Below the pieces are notes generated by a model that saw nothing but the letters and a program-made list of their open reading frames with translations, did no database searches and was not told where the DNA came from. From the NCBI RefSeq assembly GCF_000011805.1, contig NC_006841.2: a DNA stretch of 32,000 nucleotides, one strand, 5' to 3'. The stretch's first letter is position 1; every line of letters starts with the position of its first letter. The stretch comes from Aliivibrio fischeri ES114. GTDB lineage: Bacteria; Pseudomonadota; Gammaproteobacteria; Enterobacterales; Vibrionaceae. The translations under genes and the position numbers were made by a program. Positions 26,938 through 32,000 of this stretch are shown piece by piece.

Positions 26938-28569
26938 TCCTTGTCCTTTTGCCATTGTAACCGTACGTTTTAATGTCCATCGCAGTAATAAAGGAATACT
27001 CTCAGGTCCCATTTCTTCGCAATGCTCCACAATAGCTAATGCGACATCCGGTTTTGCGTATTTTTTTAACGTTTTTACTATGATCTTTTTAGGTGGAACA
27101 GGTTGATCGGCTGAAATATTTGATAGTGTTCTGAATAACTCTTCAAAGCCGTGATGATATAAATAATGCTCAATATCTTTATGTGGTAGTTCTGTTAAAC
27201 GGTGACGCTCATGTTCGTTTTCGAGCTGGTTTTTTACTGCAAAGGCGTATTTTTTCCCAGCTGGATCACCATCAGTAACCACATGCCACTCAATATGAAG
27301 TGCTTTGGCCATTTTTATTAATGATTTTAACCCTGACTGAGCAAACTCTATGATTTGTACTCCTTCAGCGGCAAGGTTATAACCAAGAATTCGAGCCATT
27401 TCATTAAATAACCATACTTCAGTTTCACCTTCAACAAGTAGCCAACAACGAGCAAATAAAGCATTAGAGCGTTGAAATCGAATATGAAACGTAATTCGAC
27501 GCAAATCATCACGAGATAAACTTGTCGGGGTTAAGGCGTAACTAGAGGTAGAATCAGACTCCCTAACTAAACGTCTTATGGATGATAATGGAACGGCGCT
27601 AAGCAATTCACTGCTGTTTGTTGTGAGTATTTTTTGCATGGGAATGTGGTTGAGTAATGTCCATGCTTGAATTAATTGTGTAGGGTGAAGACGACCTTCT
27701 GGATCTTCTACAATCATGACAGGTCGTGCTGATTGTTTTAATGTATTCGGTCCTTTTGCTCGTAAGTAGGTATTAAGTAAGCCTAATAATAATAATTTAG
27801 TCTGCTTGCTTTGATTTTGATTCACAAATTGGTTTAAAGAAACACCTTCTGCTTTTTGTCCAAAGAATAAGTCATCACGCACTTTATGTTGACCATGTCG
27901 TCTATGATTTCTAAAAGAAAAGTAATGATCAACGAGAGATTGCATTGATTGTAAGGCGCTTTTTATTTCTCCACTGCTTACTTGCCCTGGAGCTGTTAAT
28001 AGGCGTCGGCAGGTATTATTAATTCGTCGCTCAATTCGATCATCGGGAACGTGATCAGTAAAAGGGCCAGGGCTAAGTCGGCGTGAATCTCGGATCCTAA
28101 TAACAGGATGTAACTTGATGAGCTCATAAACCAAGCATTCAATACGGTGATAACGTAACACATTACCATCTTTATCTAAAAATGAGCTTGAAGAAGTTAT
28201 CTTTCCATCATTATTTGTCGCACTTACACGATAGTAAATACGTTGTGTATTGCTATTTGCATCATGTTGCCACAGTGAGGAGAGTTTTCTATAGCGACCC
28301 GCTTTATGTTCGTTTTTTTCTGTGGTTTGCCAAGTAATAATGATTTGAATATGTTGGTCTTGAGTGTATGAAATAGAGTGGTCTTGGTGAAAATCTTTAA
28401 GTGTAAATTGATGTAATTCGCCTGAAATGGGCAGGGCAATAGAAAGCGCATCAAGCAATGATGACTTGCCCCATGTATTTTCGCCTATCAAAGTGGTGAG
28501 TTGTTCAAAAGAAAGTGATAAGCGTTTAATGCCTCGAAATCCTGAAACTTCTATTCGTTCTAAGAGCAT
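26935..28569 (-). CDS. ybjD: OLD-family ATP-dependent endonuclease (ABC-type ATPase + Toprim), YbjD-like
   Basis: Colinear with my recollection of E. coli YbjD: MLLERIEVSGFRGIKRLSL, Walker A GENTWGKSSLLDAL, IVEDPEGRLHP (Walker B-like), Toprim CWLLVEGETEVW and VVTDGDPAGKKY. GAGGAAG Shine-Dalgarno. Confidence 0.88.
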   Translation of the reverse strand: MLLERIEVSGFRGIKRLSLSFEQLTTLIGENTWGKSSLLDALSIALPISGELHQFTLKDFHQDHSISYTQDQHIQIIITWQTTEKNEHKAGRYRKLSSLWQHDANSNTQRIYYRVSATNNDGKITSSSSFLDKDGNVLRYHRIECLVYELIKLHPVIRIRDSRRLSPGPFTDHVPDDRIERRINNTCRRLLTAPGQVSSGEIKSALQSMQSLVDHYFSFRNHRRHGQHKVRDDLFFGQKAEGVSLNQFVNQNQSKQTKLLLLGLLNTYLRAKGPNTLKQSARPVMIVEDPEGRLHPTQLIQAWTLLNHIPMQKILTTNSSELLSAVPLSSIRRLVRESDSTSSYALTPTSLSRDDLRRITFHIRFQRSNALFARCWLLVEGETEVWLFNEMARILGYNLAAEGVQIIEFAQSGLKSLIKMAKALHIEWHVVTDGDPAGKKYAFAVKNQLENEHERHRLTELPHKDIEHYLYHHGFEELFRTLSNISADQPVPPKKIIVKTLKKYAKPDVALAIVEHCEEMGPESIPLLLRWTLKRTVTMAKGQG

Positions 28570-28795
28570 ATGACTTCCTCATCAGATACTTGTATAAGTA
28601 ACTATATAGCATGTAACGAGAGTAAAGCATTATGGATATCACAATTATAGAATTGATTTTTTTGAATAAATTTCTTTGATAGTGCAATTTTCTTTATCTT
28701 CAAAAACGCAAAAGAACAATAAGTGATATGATAGTAGCTGGTTGTTTGATGAAGTTTGCGCAATTGAGTTTTAAAGCTTCGAAAAGGGAAAGAAG

Positions 28796-30535
28796 ATGAG
28801 TGATAAGCAAAGCAATAAATTAAGAGTTATGCATGTTAATGATACGCACTCTTATTTTGATGAATCTGTAATTGCTTTGAATTGTGAAAGCGTTGACAAA
28901 TTTTATATAAAGTGTGGTGGCTTTTCGCGATTATCACACCAAATGACTTTACTTAGTGATGAAATGAAAGCAGAAGGTGGCAATGTTGCGACTTATCATG
29001 CTGGAGATTGCTTTCAAGGGACACTCTATTTTTCTCTATATAAAGGCAAGGCCAATGCGGAGTTGCTTAACCAATTACCGTTGGATGGTATGGTACTTGG
29101 TAATCATGAGTTTGATTTAGGAAATGAATTAGTTAGTCATTTTGTCTCCCAAGTTAACTTTCCAATTTTAATGGGAAACTGGGATTTAAGTGAGGAAGAC
29201 CAAAGCAAAGGTCAAAAACTAAAATACCAAGATAATGTGTTGTCTTATGATACAGAGCGTGAGATAGCCAATTATATGATTAAACATGCAGGCAACGTCG
29301 ATATTGCTGTATTTGGTTTAACCATAGATAAAATGGATGTATTGGCAAGCCCAGATCCAGATACACCATTTTTGAATGCGATTGAAACTGCGAAAAAAAC
29401 CATTGAATATTTAAAAGTAAATGGAATTAATAATGTCATTATTATTAGTCATTTGGGATATGACGCTGATAAACAACTCGCAGAATCTATCTCAGGAATA
29501 GATCTTATCATTGGTGGGCATAGTCATGTATTGCAAGGGGACTTTGCCGGTATTGGCTTAGAAACTATCGCTTCATATGGTGAGAAGGTAAATAACACCT
29601 ATATAGTTCAAGCTGGTTGCCATGCTTTAGCGTTAGGCTATTGTGATTTAGAGTATTCAGATAGTGGTGAGTTAATTTCGTTTAATGGACGAAATATGTT
29701 GCTATTAGACGATATTGCTTATCAGGATAAAGCTTGTGAAGCGCCTGTTGATGAAGAAAAACAAAAAGTAATATACAACGCTTTGAATGAGTTTATAGGC
29801 GCTGAATTTTGTACAAAAGATCAAAAAATTGAAGAGTTACTGATCGATAAATACCGTGGTGAGGTTGTTCGACTATCTCAACAGGTGATTGGACACAGTT
29901 CGATGGATTTAGCTCATCGCAGAGTGCCAAATGAGAAAGGGCAAAGTGATATTGCCCCTTGGGTGGTGGAGGCCTTTTATTCTAAAGCGCACCAAGTAGA
30001 TGGTAGAGTACAGTTTGCTATGCATAATGCTGGTGGAGTTCGCTCTGGTTTAAACCAAGGAGCCATCACATATGCCGATATTGCCGGAAAAGTTTTGCCA
30101 TTTGCAATTCCGATTGTCATTTATAGTATCAAAGGTAAATACCTTAAAGCCGCCATTGAGGGAGCAATAGATAATGCGACTAACAATGGAGTGATAGGAA
30201 GCGGATCTGGAAGTTTCCCTTATGTATCGCAATTAAGTTATCAATATGAAGCGTGTAATCCTGCCGGGCAGCGTATTACCGAGTTTGACATATTTAACTC
30301 GGTTTCTGGATGGGAGCCTGTATTAGATGAGCAAATATATTATGGAACATCAACAGCTTATACTATAAAAGGGAAGGAAGGTTACGCTCCTTTACTCAAT
30401 AAAGAAGATGAGGTGATAACAACTAACCTTTCAATGGCTGATTGCTTCATTGATTATTTAATGCATTACCCTAATTTAACAAAACCTAAAATGACACTGA
30501 ATCGATATAATAAAAACAGTACTGCTATCATTTAG
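28796..30535 (+). CDS. UshA-family bifunctional metallophosphatase/5'-nucleotidase without a signal peptide (predicted cytoplasmic)
   Basis: Calcineurin-like motifs VNDTH, GDCFQG, GNHEFD, GGHSH, and a 5'-nucleotidase C-terminal domain. The metal-binding DxH begins at residue 15, leaving no room for a signal peptide. Confidence 0.85.
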   Translation: MSDKQSNKLRVMHVNDTHSYFDESVIALNCESVDKFYIKCGGFSRLSHQMTLLSDEMKAEGGNVATYHAGDCFQGTLYFSLYKGKANAELLNQLPLDGMVLGNHEFDLGNELVSHFVSQVNFPILMGNWDLSEEDQSKGQKLKYQDNVLSYDTEREIANYMIKHAGNVDIAVFGLTIDKMDVLASPDPDTPFLNAIETAKKTIEYLKVNGINNVIIISHLGYDADKQLAESISGIDLIIGGHSHVLQGDFAGIGLETIASYGEKVNNTYIVQAGCHALALGYCDLEYSDSGELISFNGRNMLLLDDIAYQDKACEAPVDEEKQKVIYNALNEFIGAEFCTKDQKIEELLIDKYRGEVVRLSQQVIGHSSMDLAHRRVPNEKGQSDIAPWVVEAFYSKAHQVDGRVQFAMHNAGGVRSGLNQGAITYADIAGKVLPFAIPIVIYSIKGKYLKAAIEGAIDNATNNGVIGSGSGSFPYVSQLSYQYEACNPAGQRITEFDIFNSVSGWEPVLDEQIYYGTSTAYTIKGKEGYAPLLNKEDEVITTNLSMADCFIDYLMHYPNLTKPKMTLNRYNKNSTAII

Positions 30536-30594
30536 TGGCATGCTAATTGCTATTAAATAACTGAGATGAGTTGTACAGTTTTATAGGTAATAGC

Positions 30595-30684
30595 ATGGAC
30601 AGTGATTGGTCAGACAAATTGCTAGTCGTAAGCTGGGTGTTCGCTTGGGCATTAATTGTTTACTTCGTCCCTTTTGCAGGGTGA
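30595..30684 (+). CDS. Candidate 29-codon small hydrophobic protein (MDSDWSDKLLVVSWVFAWALIVYFVPFAG)
   Basis: The ORF lies between the nucleotidase stop and the only terminator. It has one predicted TM helix and a weak AGGT Shine-Dalgarno. There is no homology evidence. Confidence 0.3.
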   Translation: MDSDWSDKLLVVSWVFAWALIVYFVPFAG

Positions 30685-30690
30685 CATTTA

Positions 30691-30725
30691 AAAGGCTTTC
30701 TAATTAATTAGGAAGCCTTTTTTAT
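30691..30725 (+). terminator. Rho-independent terminator
   Basis: aaaggctttc-taattaatta-ggaagccttttttatt (one G-U pair). Confidence 0.65.
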
Positions 30726-30996
30726 TAGCGTTAATAAAACTTATCCTTTATTAATGATATAAAAGTTTTTATTGTCATATTTAGGTTAACGTAAATTGTT
30801 TAAATTATGTTAATTTGATTTTTTATTCATTAATGTGTATGAATAGTGCATCCATATGCGCTAATTTAGGTTATTGATTGGTGTAATTTTTACATTAGAA
30901 AAACTAATATTACATTGAAGAAAAAGTCATTTTTTGACCAATAAATTAAGCTTTATTATGCGCTCATTGAAATTGATTAATTTAAGTGAGGCAATC

Positions 30997-31185
30997 ATGG
31001 CACAAGCAGCAATGAACGTTAATAACATCGCTACTTCTTCACAAAAGAAGGCCTATTCAGTAAGTATCAAAGGATTGATTGCTCATCTTGTGGATGTTTT
31101 GTTTGGTAAAGATCAAACTGTATCTGCACAATATACATCTGAACTATCAGAGCACTTACAAAAAGATTTAGGTCTTTATCGTTAA
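30997..31185 (+). CDS. Small DUF1127-like protein (62 aa)
   Basis: The ATG at 30997 follows a GAGG Shine-Dalgarno. The C-terminal SELSEHLQKDLGLYR resembles the DUF1127 motif (L-S-D-x-x-L-K-D-I-G-L-x-R, as in YjiS). The TTG at 30934 used by the track coincides with a TTGACC -35-like hexamer. Confidence 0.55.
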   Translation: MAQAAMNVNNIATSSQKKAYSVSIKGLIAHLVDVLFGKDQTVSAQYTSELSEHLQKDLGLYR

Positions 31186-31200
31186 GATATAGACGAATGG

Positions 31201-31230
31201 AAAAAGCTAGCAAGTTTGCTAGCTTTTTTT
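31201..31230. terminator. Bidirectional rho-independent terminator
   Basis: aaaaagctagca-agtt-tgctagcttttttt between convergent genes. Confidence 0.8.
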
Positions 31231-31253
31231 ATATCTTAATAAAAGTTATTTGT

Positions 31254-32000
31254 TTAATAAGAACATACTTTATTCTTTCCGGAGCGTTTTGCTTGGTAAA
31301 GCGCTTTATCTGCACGAAGAAACGTAGCTTTATGATCTTCTTTATTTCGATTCAATGTTAAGCCGATACTAACGGTAATTGAGCGGTCTTTAAGGGTATC
31401 TCGCCAATCGTAATTTGCAATTTCTGATCGGCATTGTTCTGCGATTTTTTTCCCATGCTCAAGGTCGCCAGAAGGAATAATAATAAGAAACTCTTCTCCT
31501 CCATAACGTAGTGTATAGTGAGAAGGTGAAACTGAATTTTGCAAAATTTTACCAACTAGTTTTAATACAATATCGCCTTTTAAGTGGGAATATTCATCAT
31601 TTATTGATTTAAAATCATCGATATCAATAACCAATAACTGATAGTGTTTAATCGTAGGTAAAATCTCTTTTATAAACGTAGATTCAAACCATCTTCGGTT
31701 ATACAGTTTCGTTAAACTGTCATGAAAAACATCTTGTTGTAACTTGGCTACCGTGTCTTTTTGTTGATCAGATACTTTTTTTAATTTTAAGTTTTCAGTT
31801 TCAGAAATATTTAAGCGTAATTGAAGTTCTAATCGAGTTAATCGTCTTAAAGAGTGACCACCAAGTTCATTAATTGGGAAGTTTTTGATTATTTCGACAG
31901 TTAACTGCTGCGCTTTTTTTTCACATTCAAGTGCAAGAGCAAAGTTTTTACAACTTGCTAGAGCATCGCTTTTCACTTCAAGTAATTGGCGAATATAGTA
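31254..32000 (-). CDS. Diguanylate cyclase (GGDEF domain), 5' end outside the window
   Basis: DSLTKLYNRRWF...IDIDDFKSINDEYSHLKGD...RYGGEEF...SIGL...ADKALYQAKRSGKN. The reading frame stays open to nt 32000, so the GTG at 31976 is probably internal. The upstream part is coiled-coil-like. Confidence 0.82.
   Translation of the reverse strand, partial: YYIRQLLEVKSDALASCKNFALALECEKKAQQLTVEIIKNFPINELGGHSLRRLTRLELQLRLNISETENLKLKKVSDQQKDTVAKLQQDVFHDSLTKLYNRRWFESTFIKEILPTIKHYQLLVIDIDDFKSINDEYSHLKGDIVLKLVGKILQNSVSPSHYTLRYGGEEFLIIIPSGDLEHGKKIAEQCRSEIANYDWRDTLKDRSITVSIGLTLNRNKEDHKATFLRADKALYQAKRSGKNKVCSY

Noticed and set aside
26918-27106. A 62-aa plus-strand ORF downstream of aroG.
   Set aside because: It starts inside the aroG terminator hairpin and is antisense to the C-terminus of the YbjD-like gene, which is colinear with its E. 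coli homolog to the very end.
26935-28569. Reading the OLD-family nuclease as part of a known defence system (Gabija GajA, a retron-associated OLD, or PARIS-like).
   Set aside because: No UvrD-like helicase, reverse transcriptase/msr-msd, or other known partner gene is adjacent. The protein is colinear with the widely conserved chromosomal YbjD type. No mobile-element or defence-island context is visible.
1737-30996. N-terminal extensions proposed by the ORF track: 1737 for rhlE, 3283 for the first OMP gene, 9798 for DUF3302, 24134 for the binding protein, and 30934 for the DUF1127-like gene.
   Set aside because: Internal ATGs are better supported. They align with homolog N-termini (rhlE), expose signal peptides directly (3316, 24026), or have much better Shine-Dalgarno sequences (9765, 30997). 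The 24134 extension would also overlap the upstream permease by 94 nt.
431-31555. The remaining short ORFs in the supplied track that lie inside or antisense to large genes. They are 431..793, 2758..3069, 3957..4166, 5036..5221, 5203..5442, 5442..5633, 6304..6501, 7110..7340, 7761..7976, 8317..8502, 8452..8637, 9686..9892, 9963..10151, 11931..12197, 17785..17976, 19163..19351, 20498..20692, 21745..21954, 23542..23865, 24877..25146, 28224..28454, 30050..30232 and 31358..31555.
   Set aside because: These are shadow ORFs overlapping genes with clear family-level similarity. They have no Shine-Dalgarno sequences or recognisable motifs, and their composition is typical of antisense translation in AT-rich DNA.
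1-32000. Whether the window is a genomic island, prophage or integrative element.
   Set aside because: No integrase, transposase, recombinase, phage structural gene, tRNA attachment site or flanking direct repeats were seen. The composition looks uniform. Housekeeping genes (rhlE, rnb, deaD, speG, aroG) are interspersed throughout.

Overview
Low-GC (roughly 38-40% by eye) gammaproteobacterial chromosomal segment. The protein sequences look Vibrionaceae-like (Aliivibrio/Photobacterium type); that is inference only, with no search run. About 27 protein-coding genes are densely packed, and almost every convergent gene pair is separated by one clean bidirectional rho-independent hairpin. In order: the 3' end of an MscS-family gene and a full tandem paralog (YbdG/MscM-like); rhlE; a compact three-gene operon of signal-peptide envelope proteins, two of them beta-barrel-like and one with a POTRA-less Omp85-type barrel; a BCCT osmolyte transporter; a DUF3302 + HlyD (YiaW/YiaV-type) pair; a polytopic GGDEF cyclase divergent from a small ComFB-like protein; rnb divergent from deaD across a long leader; speG; a FocA-like formate channel fused to a C-terminal CBS pair, divergent from a LysR regulator; a small polytopic membrane protein; a dCache-type chemoreceptor preceded by a hexanucleotide repeat; a four-gene polar amino-acid ABC transporter; aroG-like DAHP synthase; a YbjD-like OLD-family ATPase/Toprim nuclease divergent from a signal-peptide-less UshA-type 5'-nucleotidase; a small DUF1127-like protein; and a second GGDEF gene running off the window end. 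I saw no rRNA, tRNA, CRISPR array, transposase, integrase or phage genes, so this reads as core chromosome with signalling and envelope accessory genes, not a mobile island. The candidates most worth follow-up are the uncharacterised three-gene outer-membrane operon (3316-6385), the GGDEF/ComFB-like divergent pair, the OLD nuclease / cytoplasmic 5'-nucleotidase divergent pair with a trailing 29-codon hydrophobic ORF, and the FocA-CBS fusion with its Shine-Dalgarno-occluding palindromes. All family assignments come from motif recognition by eye and need HMM or BLAST confirmation.
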